NCBI GenBank assembly: GCA_051362555.1
Contig: CM120644.1
Location: 5,836,954 to 5,900,953, forward strand
Direction of reading: 5' to 3'
Source of the DNA: Lingula anatina
Taxonomy: Eukaryota; Animalia; Brachiopoda
DNA length: 64,000 nt
Position numbers and translations under genes: made by a program. Of the stretch, positions 1-11,796 are shown in pieces (positions within the stretch are counted from its first letter, which is position 1; each line of letters begins with the position of its first letter). Under the pieces are notes generated by a model. The model did not search any database. It had not been told where the DNA came from and worked only from the letters and a program-made list of their open reading frames with translations.

Positions 1-254
1 TCCAAGTAGACATAAAATTTGGTATACTATAGTTACAATTTAAACTGAATTTCAGTCTTAAATCCTTTTGTAAAACATGACATTAGGAACAGTATCTAAT
101 ATGGAAAACTTGACAACTTTGCAATTTTATTTCCGAACAAAATAAGACACTTCAGACTCATACTAATTAATTATTAATCTATAAATTAAATCTTAAATAG
201 CTAAGACAACCAAAGATCATGAAATAATGTCCATGAACTGGTTGGCCATTTTAC

Positions 255-1201
255 CTTGAACATATTTATATCTTTGAGTTCTTGTTTAGAAGGCTGAGCT
301 GGCAAATGATTCAAAAACTTAGTGTACAGTTCTAAATACTTCTTCTGTTGAGCTCTGCTGAGAGAAGACATTGTCGGATAGGGCACTCTCTTACGAAGAA
401 ACATAACTCCCTTCTTCAATCTGGCCACATCTTTTTTGTTCTTATTCTTCTCTGGTGATGTGGACTTTTCGTCATGAAGATCAATGTGGAAGCTAGCATG
501 GTGCTGCCTGGCTTCAGGCTTTGGTAAATGTTCAACTTGGGCTGGCTGAGTTTCACCCTTTGATACCTGTCAGGATACGATTGAGAGCAATATGTTTATT
601 ATCCAATTATATTACCTGATAGGCACCCAGTCAAAAAATTATAATAAAATAAATATATTAATGAATATCAATCTCAATACTTTCCATCATCAGAAAACTG
701 AAAAATATACCAACATGCCTTTATTTTATTATTAAAAATGCAAGATAATATTCAATTTTACCATGGGTTGTGTGGGCCCCTGCTCAACCTTTTCCAACTT
801 GGAATGGCAGCGTGATCTGGTGCTCTCTGCCTCTATTTCTGCCTGCTTTTGCCTCAGCTGGTCTGGAAAACTCGCCGGCCACATTTCACAGAAGATTGCT
901 TCAGAAAAAAAGCAGCCCTGGCCATTTCGTAAGGGTGGGTCCCTGTTTGATATCATAAACATAAAATAAATTATCCTGGTTTTAATGCGTCTGAAAAAAT
1001 TTTTTTAAATAAAATTAATTATATCTTATTTATTTTCATCACTTTCAGCTAGCACACTGTAAAGTATGTATAGCGTGATATAATTATCACAGAACAGAGG
1101 TCACGTCCAAACCGTGATAGCCAATTATGTCTTTGTCATGGAACTACCGAGTTCAGTTTAGTTGAAAACAGGTGTACTTGCCATTCTATCTGTGCCTCCA
1201 T
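255..1201 (-). CDS. ICE2: Little elongation complex subunit 2 (ICE2/NARG2), 5' part; exons 1201-1182, 942-762, 566-255; continues beyond the left edge
   Basis: Spliced translation MEAQIEWDPPLRNGQGCFFSE...KKGVMFLRKRVPYPTMSSLSRAQQKKYLELYTKF resembles the vertebrate ICE2 N-terminus as I recall it (WD..PKNG..TFFS; VLLPKPRVPYPRFSRFSQREQRSYVDLLVKY). Exon phases are consistent; the first intron needs a GC donor (TG|GCAAGT). Confidence 0.8.
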
Positions 1202-1547
1202 GCTTGTAGCTTGGACAGTCCCCCGACTTGCAATATCGATGAACATCAACTATCCATTGTCATAGATATTGATATCCCGATTAAGCGAGATTACGCGTTA
1301 ACTGCATATTTTAGAAATGTTCAAATAATTTCTGTAAAAATAAATCATATATTTTCATGAAAATATCAAAAAGGATATTTAGGATGTTGCAAAGACGATA
1401 TCATTTTTATTAAAAATGATAAGTATAAAAAAATTCCAGCATGCAACGTTTTACAGACGCGCCATTTTGCGGTCGCCTGCACTGAAGTTCGATAGTTTTA
1501 ATCGTTTTTTCCGAAAGTAACAGTCTTTATCATTCCGCTGCATAATC
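1202..1547. promoter_or_regulatory. Bidirectional promoter between ICE2 and TRA2
   Basis: Divergent start codons only ~350 bp apart (1201 minus, 1548 plus); local CpG enrichment; YY1-type CGCCATTTTG at ~1460-1469. Confidence 0.6.
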
Positions 1548-4500
1548 ATGAGTGACCAAGAGGTAAGCCATTAATGTCACTTGAAAAAGTTACTTTGACG
1601 AATTGATGCTTGATCTTCTCTTTGTCCTTTGCTTTGTTCTGATTTTTTCTTCGCCATGTTTCTTACAAAGTGAAAGGGGGGGGGGGGGGGAGACAAAAAC
1701 CTTGTAAATCACGAACGATAACCGAGACAACCATGTCAGCAGTGTTTTTATAGATAATTGAGAAATACCAGCAAATGATTTAGCTTTCACATTAGCATTT
1801 GAAAGTAATACTGAAACCGTGAGTCCGAGATTCGAAATAACTTCCCTTTTCTTGATCGTCTGAGGCTGAATGCACACTGTTGGAGTTTATTTTCCTCAGT
1901 AAGATTGTTCTTTTACTGGAAGTTACATTTCACTTTGTTCAGCCAATTATGTTATTCAGCTATGTCGGTGAACTTGGGAAGTTCAATGAACATTTGAAGT
2001 GTAAGATGGCATTCATCATGCTCCATTTACTATCAGTTCTCTTCACATGTAAAATCTACCCTTCGCAATCAGAAACAGCCTGACCCAGAGCACAAGGTTC
2101 TTCTTACTGTAAAATCTACATTTCAGCGATCAAAATCAAGGTCCAAGTCCAGGTCGTTCACCAGATCCAGGACGAGGTCAAGGACACCTAAGTCACCTGC
2201 CAGATCCCCCTCTCACGACTCCCCCAGCCCACGAGCCCGCCGCACCAGGAGCAAGTCATACTCAAGGTCTAGGTCTAGGTAAGGTTCATTTGGGCTGTTC
2301 TACAACATTTCTTATCATTATTGATCTTGTTTGTTAGGAATACTTGTGATAGTTATGTTTAGTGATAACAAAATAATTAATTCTGCAGTTTGATTTTTAT
2401 TTTGTTCTTTATTTATATTAGCATGTTATTTTTGTGTCAAGTAAGTGAAATTTTCTTTACAAGAATATGAAATTATGGTTTGACTTATTACCAATTTAAT
2501 ACAACTGTAGGGACTGTTTAAACTGTTTGATCAAAACTAATAATGCACTACTGTAAGCCATAAGCTGAAACAATATTTTAATGGGTGGAATTCTTTTCCA
2601 GGTCTCCCAGCTATCCTCGTCGTCACTACTCACGCTCACGCTCCAGAACAAGGAGTCCATATTACAAGAAATCATACAAGAGGTGAGGTGTCATTGTATA
2701 TATTACAGATTTTATGCAAATATTATTTTGCTTACCACTCCTACGGGTACTTGTTTTACAAATAACTAATCCAAGATAAAGGACATAATTTGCCTTTATG
2801 CAGTGTTGGACGTAAACTTTGGTTTCAGATGCAATTTTTTTTTTCTGACAAAGAAAAATGGTATGTCGTTTACATTTATCATTGAAAAAAAAAAAAAAAA
2901 AACACTGACATACATTGTTGATTGAGTTTTCTTTGTTTTTATTTTTTAGGTCAAGAAGCAGAAGGTCAGTTTAAAACATGATTAGGTTAAGAAAGAGTGA
3001 GAAAATGCCAAAAAAGTGCATTATTGAAATGATATTAATTTTCTGACTGTATCTTAAATTGATTTTCTTGATTATGTTCAAATGAGAGAGAGGAAAGGGT
3101 TAATAATTTTTTACCAAAAATCAAAATAAAACAAATCCTGCAAAACAATACTTTTAAAGAAAAAGAATAGTAATTATGTATAAGGAAGTTTGCTTCATCT
3201 GTTTGTGATTTGTTTCCAGTCGCTCACCAAGCCCATACAGAAGAGGCTCTGGAGACAGGAGAAGGTACAGAAGTCACAGTCGCTCTCCTATGTCCTCCAG
3301 GAAGAGGCATGTGGGGAACAGGGTGAGTGAAAGTTTTATCTAGCTGCTGTGTCACAGCATAAAGGAAAGTTTTTGAAATGATGTGGTGTGCCGCCGCCCC
3401 CCCCCCCCCCCCCCCCCCCCATACCCCCCCTCCCCCCTTGTAAGAATGGGGCAATTGAAAGTTCAGGAATTTGAGAAAGCTTCTGTCAAAACAAATTAGG
3501 TAATAAGTTTCTTGCTTTACTTGTTTGGATTAAATTTGGCATTTTTAAAACATTCGTTACAGGACTGGGAGTTAAAAAACTGTATTGGAATTAGAGGTGA
3601 TGTTCAGAGGCAGTACTGGTAAATAATAGTAGCAGTACTTTAATATGGTTAGTTGTGAAATTGGTAAGAAAACTCTTCACTCTTGATTTGAATTTTTTTC
3701 TTTTAAAAGAGTGCTAGTTTTTAATATTATATTTGTTTATTTCAGGAAAACCCAGAGAACAGTAACTGTTTAGGTGTGTTTGGTCTCAGTCTGTACACAC
3801 AGGAGAGGGATATCAGGGCAGTGTTTGAGAAGATTGGACCCCTGACAGAAGTTAACGTGGTACATGACAGACAGGTATGATATGAGGCATGCATGGATCT
3901 CACTCTGTAGTACACGTATCTCAATCCTTGGTGCACGTCTAGCTCTCAAGTGTGTGTATTACCCTCTGTAGGGAAGTATAGAAATAAAGCCATTGTCTAG
4001 TTTAAAACTTACTGTGATTTTGTACAGCTGAAATGATGCTTTCAAGTTACATGATTGACCTAAAATTAACTAAATTGTTATTTTGATTTTTGAAACCTTG
4101 GTTTTGTTTCATTCACATGGTTTATTCACATATTTATTCTTGTTGTCATTTCTGTCATGATGTGATGTGGATACTTTTTTCCTTTAGACTGGCAGGTCCC
4201 GGGGGTTCTGTTTTGTCTACTTCAAGCACATGGAAGATGCCAGGGAGGTGGGTGAACAGTTGTGAAGTCTAAATACAAGCAAGCATTTTAAATTTCAACA
4301 AAATGTTTTCTAAGTTTCCTTCGGTTAAAGCCAATGACGTGAATTGATTTGTATTCTTTTAATTATTTTTTCAGTAGTGAAATACTGGTAAAATGGCTAA
4401 AATAAGGGAAAGTGTGTCATAGTGGTTTCTGAGTGCCATTGAATTATTAATACATTTTAGGTACTTCTTGTAAAAACAATGAACTAAAATAATTATGTGT

Positions 4501-6072
4501 GTTTAAAATAAAATTTCAATATTTGATATACATATGATCTCCACAGAAACCTGTAAAACATCTCTAATTGCGCTCTATCATGTCATTTATTTTGTTGCAG
4601 GCCAAAGAGACGTGTAATGGCACAGAGATTGACGGGCGCAGAATCCGTGTAGATTACTCCATCACAGAAAGAGCACATACACCCACACCTGGCATCTATC
4701 TGGGGAAGCCCACTAGGTAAGTTATTCTCTTGGTAGCCTGTGACCAGTTTTATTTATTTGTTTATTATTTTTATTTTTTCATTAAATTTATTTACTTATA
4801 TTTTGGGTAGGGGGTCTAATGACAGAGGTGATTTCTACTTACAGTTACAATCAAAATAATTATCTGACAAAGATAATGAGATTTGTTGAAGATGTTTGTT
4901 TTTGCTTGTAAATTACACACTGAGTGAGGCCGGGTCATAAATTATCTGTACCCCTTGTTTTGTCTCTTTGACTGCCCTTTGTGACCAAAATCAGAGATCA
5001 AGCAGTAAGGGCAGTGTGACGAAGGATAACTGTATTGTAAAGAATGAAGAGAAGATGAATTTTTCTTCAATTTTGAGAAAACCATGTGTTTCAATAATTA
5101 ATCTTTTATCATTTCAGGAAGGGTGACAGGGATAGGAGGAGGTTGGTGGCTAAAAATGATAATAACATCTTTAAAAAATGATATTGGAATGTTAATAAGT
5201 AAAAATGAAAAGTTAATCAGCAGGTATTTGGTCATGTAATCATGTTCTTTCACATTGAAAAATCGGTTTTCTTTTGTCTTTGCCACCTTTGATAGAGTGC
5301 AGGTTTTCTCGTTGTGTCATGTACTTCTTTTGTTTGCATTTTTTTTTTTTTTTTTTAATTTTTTTCTCTGCCCAATGCAAAGCATTTTGTGGAGGGAGAT
5401 TTGATTATGTATATTATTTTAATTTCATAGAAAAAAAGATTGAAAGGTTATTCTCTCAAGTAGCATTCAAGTAGCATGTATCAAGTTAGATATTATTAGA
5501 TGTAGTATTCTAGATGCTATGAGAGTGAATCATTGTTGTGAATACAGTGAGGTCCTGTGTATATTTCCAGTGGTGGGTATGGAGGTGGCTATGACCGCCG
5601 GGGATATGGCTATGACCGCCGCAGATCACCCTCTCCATATTACAGCCGCAGACCAAGCCGCTACTCCAGGTCAAGGTCAAGATCAAGGTCATACTCTCCA
5701 AGTGAGTATCACTAATTTTGTGTATGATAATGTAGTCAAAGCAGTAATTATATCTGAAAACATAATGGAAATGTTTCTCGAATCTTTGAGACATATTTGT
5801 TAAAGATGATTAGTAAGTAGTTCGCTTGAAATAAAGTAAAAGGAAAAAAAAAAAAAAGCTGTACCAAATATTAAAAGTTCAAATTTCAAGATTTCAGAAA
5901 TTTTATTCAAATTATTAAAGATAAATTGTATTGCTATGAAAGAAGTCTCTTTGTGGTTTGGAAATGAAAAAAAAAAATTTCTATTCCTTGTTACTTCTAC
6001 CATAGTACTGGTCAGGTCTAGATGGTAATTCCCCATTGTTTTTCCTTCTTTTTTTCCCTAGGACACTACTGA
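1548..6072 (+). CDS. TRA2: Transformer-2 (TRA2A/TRA2B-like) SR-type splicing factor; exons 1548-1562, 2127-2278, 2602-2682, 2950-2964 (micro), 3220-3322, 3746-3874, 4188-4247, 4601-4716, 5118-5141 (micro), 5571-5701, 6062-6072
   Basis: RS1-RRM-RS2 architecture; diagnostic [38 protein letters not shown]1 [38 protein letters not shown] and C-terminal [12 protein letters not shown]. All introns GT-AG with consistent phase. Confidence 0.97.
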
Positions 6073-7180
6073 GCTTATGTGGAGACCTTTTTATAAGCAT
6101 ACTTTTGCCAATTAAAAGAGTATTATATGTAACATGAGAAAGACTGATACAAACATTAGATAAGCATGGACATTAAGTGTTCGGGGTGACATATTAGATG
6201 GACAAAAATTGTTGTAGTGAAATGGTTTTCCTGCAAGTTAGAACTAGTTAAGCATATTTCTAAGGTTTTGACTGGAAACTTTGCAATGTTAAAAACATTT
6301 AATGTTTGTTTGCAAAAAATATTTTTTTTACAGTATCCCTCCCTGATTTTACTTGATCTGAATACTTAGTAGAAAAACATCGATTATGGCCTTTGCAGCA
6401 ACATGATCGACTCTTTTCCCCCCTCATAATCATATTTTGTGTCATATGTCCATTTTGAAAGCAGGATGTGTGTAGAAAGTTAAATAATTTGCACATTGAA
6501 AAAAATAAATAAATTTTTTTTTAATCACTGGGGGGATGCTGTAAAATTTTCTTAAACTATATATGTATATTTACTTTCACACACACATAAACATACTTGA
6601 CAGTTGAGCATGGAGATGGTTTTTGAAGCACTGAAACATCTCTACAGACAACCTCATAGGTGTATCCCATCCTTTTTTTATTCAGCATATATTCTTTGAA
6701 CTTTGATGTGTATAGTATGATAAATGCCGAGATGTATATTTTGTTTTTATTGAAATTAGAGGTTAGGAAAGATTGCTTACATTATTTAGACTTTTCCTTT
6801 TTGTTTTTATTTTGAGGTATTTTTAAGAAGTGTTAATGTAGTTCTGGAGACAAGATAAGCAAAGTTATGTTTTTTTTTTTTTTTTTTTTAAAGTCAGATG
6901 GGTTAGAATGATTCTGAACAACAAAAAACATGAGTGAAATTAAATTCTGATTCAGTTATCAAGACATTTCTGATTTCAACATTTTTGCTTTTCTAAATTA
7001 TGTCTGGATGAGAAAATTCTAATTCAGTTATTAAGATTATTGGACATTTTTGTGAATTTTGTATTGTCTTGTGAGCCCTGATGATGATTTCCATATAATA
7101 TCTTGGGATTGTTTTCAGATCATTATAACAAAAAAAGTATAAGGATTTACTGATAATTTGTATAAGATTATTTGAAGACC

Positions 7181-7186
7181 AATAAA
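7181..7186 (+). terminator. Candidate TRA2 polyadenylation signal AATAAA
   Basis: AATAAA ~1.1 kb after the stop codon, followed by U/GU-rich sequence. Confidence 0.5.
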
Positions 7187-7240
7187 TGTGTTCTATGTAA
7201 ACTGGTTAACTAATTGTATTTCTTTTTGTACATTATAAAG

Positions 7241-7495
7241 GTATTGAAGAAAAGAATTTGAAGTATTTGAAGAAAGAAACATGAAGAAAGAAAAAAGAAA
7301 TAAGAAAAATGAAGGGTTGAAGAGGGATGGAAGAAGTGAATTTGGAAAATGGAGGAAAAGAATAAGAAAAAAGAAAAATTGGAGAGAAAATTAAGAAAGG
7401 AAGATCTTGAAATTAAATTATGAAATTAGAAGATGTTGATGATAATGTGCTTCGGGTGCCTGTGCTTGGAAAGAAGTGGATTTTAGAAGAAAACG
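7241..7495 (+). promoter_or_regulatory. AGAA/GAA-rich block behind a 3' splice site; candidate TRA2 autoregulatory exon
   Basis: CTAAT branch motif at 7210, pyrimidine tract, AAAG| at 7240, then a ~250-nt purine-rich block with about 18 AGAA tetramers (counted by eye). Confidence 0.5.
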
Positions 7496-8664
7496 TAAAA
7501 AGGGTATGGTCACTTAATGCTGTCCCTTATAGGCGAGTCTGACATTTAAATATACCTTTAGTGGGTAAGATGAATCCTGATATAATTGATGACTGGGCTA
7601 GGCATGTAACTACAAGATTTTTTACCTGCATGAAATGTTGATTTGGAATATGTACATGTAGATATTTTGAATCCCAAAATAAGTTTAAAACATTTGGATA
7701 ATGATCCACTGCAAGACGGTCCTATTTTCAGAACTGCGTAGAATCTTGTAATATTTTTTATTCTCTTACGGAGATTAAGAGGAAATTGCAATTATGTGAT
7801 ATAATAAATTGTCACAAGAAATTATTACAGAGAAAAAAAAAGAAAGTGGGGGTAAAAATCTTGTAGTTTTTCTTTTTGCTTTTTGTATATCAAATCATGA
7901 GGTAGTGATTAAGTAAAAAAGATGTTAAGGAGATGGGATGGATCACTTAATAAGAAATACTAAGGACCAATGCAGGACAGACAAGGAGGTGATGATAGAT
8001 CCAGACCTAAATTCCACTGAACAAACCAAGGGTTGAAAATATCTGGTAGGTATTCTATGTCCAAATATCAGGGTAAAAAAATGGCCCTTTCCTGGCAGTT
8101 ACAAGAAAAGATGGTTAAAAGTTGGTTGTTTCTGTCGGTGTAGCATAATACTTCATCATCCATTATGGCATGTCTTTAAGATCAATTTTAATTACTTTAT
8201 TTGCATCACCACAATGTGCACAAAACACTTTTATTTATTTATTTTATTACTTTAAAGGGAAGTGATATTTGTTGGATAGTTCAGTGCATGCCTTTTTTTT
8301 TTTCAGCCGAGTTTCACTACTTTGTCTTCAGGTAAAGTGTTGCTGTGATCGTAAGTGGTATTACCAGTGATTTGATTTTGAGCATTAATTTTTGCAGAGA
8401 TGGAACAAGAGTAAATTGGTAAAAGATTGGTAAATGGTGCACCAGGAAGAAAGGATGTAGATAAATTCCCACCAGGTAAATCTTCAGTGGGTTTATTATG
8501 TTTGAAGCTAAGGAAGACAAAAAAAAGGCAGTAGTTTTGATATATTTCTTTGATAGTGAAATTTAATGTTGAGTCTATCACATATATATATATATATATC
8601 CTGCCATGTGAATATCTGATTAAAAAAAGTGTCTTACTGAACATTATATATTGGTACTACTAGT

Positions 8665-9015
8665 AGTGCTAATCTCTGGTACAGGAGGTGCTGGGTTCTT
8701 TCCTACAGCCGGGTTAAACCATAGACTTTTATAAAAAATGGTACCTGATGCCTCCGTGCCAGACATTCATTAGGTAGATGATGAAGTAGGTGTTATTGTG
8801 GGTGATAATCATGTTGCAGCTTGGGCTGACTATGGCTCCACAGGGAAGTGAGATTGTTTGAAGACTGAGCAGATCCATATAGACTAGGTATCAGATTATT
8901 GAGCTGGATCTATTGAGGATATCAGGTTTTAAACTTGACCTCTGCGTGTCAATATCAAAGCTGCACAAAGTACTGAGCCCATTTTGGACAAATGTGCCCG
9001 ATAAAATTGCTTGGA
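8665..9015 (+). mobile_element. Degenerate SINE (MetaSINE-like central domain, LINE-like tail)
   Basis: GCCGGGTTAAACCATAGACTTTTATAAAAAATGGTACCTGATGCCTCC (~8708-8755) resembles the ...CCAAAGACT..AAAAATGGTACC..TGCCTCC SINE core as I recall it; ends in an AAAGTACTGAG...ATAAAA tail. Confidence 0.5.
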
Positions 9016-9592
9016 TTTAGATTGGAATAATTGTTTTTTGAGAAACAAAATTTGTGGGGGGGGGGGGGGGGGGGGGGGGGGGTCTTGGAAACCGGGACCT
9101 ACATTAGAGATATGTTTGTTTTGGTGTTCTTAATTTCTCTCTGTTTGAATATTCAAATTGACCTTAACCCCCCCCCCCAAAAAAAAAAAAAATAAATAAT
9201 AATAATAATAATAAATAAAATTAAAATGATAAAAAAATAAATAAATAAAACATAGTAGTAAAAAAAATGAAAAGTACATAAATAAATGATTAAATAAAAT
9301 AGAAAATGTTAGAGGGAAATAACAAATTCTCTTTTTCTGTCTATTGTTATATTATTTTTTCAGATGTCAAGAAATAATAATAAGAAAATGTCCCATGTGT
9401 CAGTAAACTGTTTAATTTTAGATAAACCCAGATCTGGTTTTTGTTGACTCTGAAATGCTGTCATTAGGCAAAAAATGCAATTACCCCAAAAAAAGTGTGT
9501 ACTATTTATTTTAGTAAATTTAATTACAGGTCATTTATTTATTATTTTATTTCCTTGTCTCTCTGAATTTCCTTCTAATTATGTCCTGGTCT

Positions 9593-9749
9593 CTGTCATT
9601 TCAGGATAAAGGCAGCTAGAGGTCCTGTATTGAGATGCTGCTAGTCTCTGGTGGATGGACAGTTGACACTGTCATTTCAGGATAAAAGCAGCTAGAGATG
9701 CTGTATGGGGTGCTGCTAGTCTCTGGTGGATGGACAGTTGACACTGTCA
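9593..9749 (+). repeat. Two-copy ~76-bp tandem duplication
   Basis: CTGTCATTTCAGGATAAA.GCAGCTAGAG...TGCTGCTAGTCTCTGGTGGATGGACAGTTGACA occurs twice in tandem. Confidence 0.85.
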
Positions 9750-11796
9750 GCAGTCATGTAATCACTTGAACAGATCCAAACTACTGACAAAAAGATTTTT
9801 CATCATGCTGGAAAGAATTCAGTTTTTATGGTACCGTAAACAGTGTACTCTCACTTGCAAGTCATAGGTTGGAGGGGTGGGTGGCTGAGACAAGAATGTT
9901 GGGCCACCCCTCCGTTTTTTTTTTTTTTTTTTTTTTTTTTACAGTTGGGAGATTTTGAAATGACAGCTGGTTTGTGCTGTGTGAAGTCATAAAGACAGTT
10001 ATGAAAGACCAAATTTTGATCAAACATTGACTGACATTTTCTGGTACATTTTATTTGAAATAAAATTAATACTAATCAGAGCGAATGAAGTGTTGTGCAT
10101 CTCTCCTTCTCTCTCTCTCTCTCTCTCTCAAAAAGAAAAAATGTAAAAAAAAAGAAAACGAAAGTGCAGAAGGAAAGGATTTTACGATCGAAGAAGAGCA
10201 TATTTCCACATAAGCTGATTACAGCTTAGTAAACCCCAAATAATCGGAAAAATGATCAAACGTTAACAGGGAATTTGAAGCGCGTAGTGTCGTGGATTAC
10301 TACCGAAATGAGATGATTTCAGTATGGTCGTGGACATTAAAATAATGCAAACGTTTTTCATTGATGAAATCGTATGCAATGTACGTGTACTCGTCTTTCA
10401 AGAAATCGACGTAAAGGTGCTTATTTTCAAATTTGTACGGACATCGTAGAAAAACTAAGATAACTAAAGCTCTCAAAAGAGAAAGTGTCTATTTCTTAAG
10501 GGGTGAGTCTAACACTTATGAGAAAATGGTTTTTACAAGATTTTTTCATTTTTTTTTAAATAAAAACTTGATGATGCAACAAATTTTTTATGGAAAATTA
10601 AAATCCAGCTGTGGAAAGTTCTGTGACTTAAAAAAATCAAAAACAGACTTCTTTTTTTCACCTGTATAAATAGACTGTTCTTCCCGACGAGCCGATCTCG
10701 CAAAACGACGGCCCTTACAAATTTAACTAGGTCACCCTTTCTGCTTATCAACCCATGCATTAAGACACGGTGCCCCAAATATTCGCCCATATCCGGTGTG
10801 GCGTGATAGACCCGTGCCGTGACGAAACCGTTCTGCACATGCGCATTGAGGGTAGATTGAAAGAAGGGACTTCCGGTATGACGATATCGTCGTAGGTATT
10901 TTTGGAACTATTGACCTTTCAATTCGTAATTCAGTGGTTTTTGCCATGAGAGAGTATGTATTTGATAATCTTACAATAAACTCCACGGAGGAATGTTGGA
11001 AAAGTTTTATATAAACACCAAAGGAAGCGTGTGACACAGCCCTTATTACTGAGATTGTGATCGTGACTGAACTGTTTTGCTCTGTGATGAAGTTGTAGTA
11101 AGACTCGTAGTATAAATGTTTTCACACTACAATGTTCTTTCAGTTTAGAGTTCAGTAATTGTTGTCGAGAGAAAGTGTGTGTTTGACAATAATATAACTT
11201 CCTCTATGGGGAAATGTTGGAAATACATATGTAGCTACTGTACGTGCTGTAAGTCAACTTTGTCAGTGTCGTGAATGTGACTGCGTTTGCATAAAGTCGT
11301 CGTAAGACTCGTATGAATGCTCATTATATAATGTTAGATATGTTCACAGGTGTGTTACATGTCCAAAGTGAGATGGTCGATGCATTCCCAACAGTCCACC
11401 TTCAAGTCAGTTTTTTTATATCATAAAGCTTTAACACATTTATTTTATTTCATTGTTCAGATTGATTGGCAGAAGAAAATAGCTTAAAATTATAGTGTGT
11501 GTTTGTGTGTATTATGATGATTACTTGTTGTATTTGTTCTATATTTTCACATCACCAAATAAACATTTTGTATTTTGTATCATATACTGTGTTCTTTTTT
11601 AATTTTGCTAATCTTAAACATTAGCACATTTTAAAATTTCTAGAAAACCACATAGGAATGCCCTTAGGACACTATAAAGCTAGCTTTTTTTACTAAACCT
11701 TTTCATGTGTTAGCTTTACGGTGTATCGCTGATGTGTGCTATATATGAAATCAAGATCGATTTGGCAAAACCTAAATCTAGAACCTAGGGTACATG

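Noticed and set aside
3396-3437. Long poly-C run (also poly-G at ~9056-9082 and ~44474-44494)
   Set aside because: Common homopolymers in this genome; lengths unreliable and no specific function is supportable.
5510-5803. 94-aa ORFs on both strands
   Set aside because: Out-of-frame and antisense shadows of TRA2 exon 5571-5701.
7081-7153. ATGATGA...CTGA pair resembling a C/D box snoRNA
   Set aside because: No terminal stem, lies in a 3' UTR rather than an intron, no recognisable rRNA guide.
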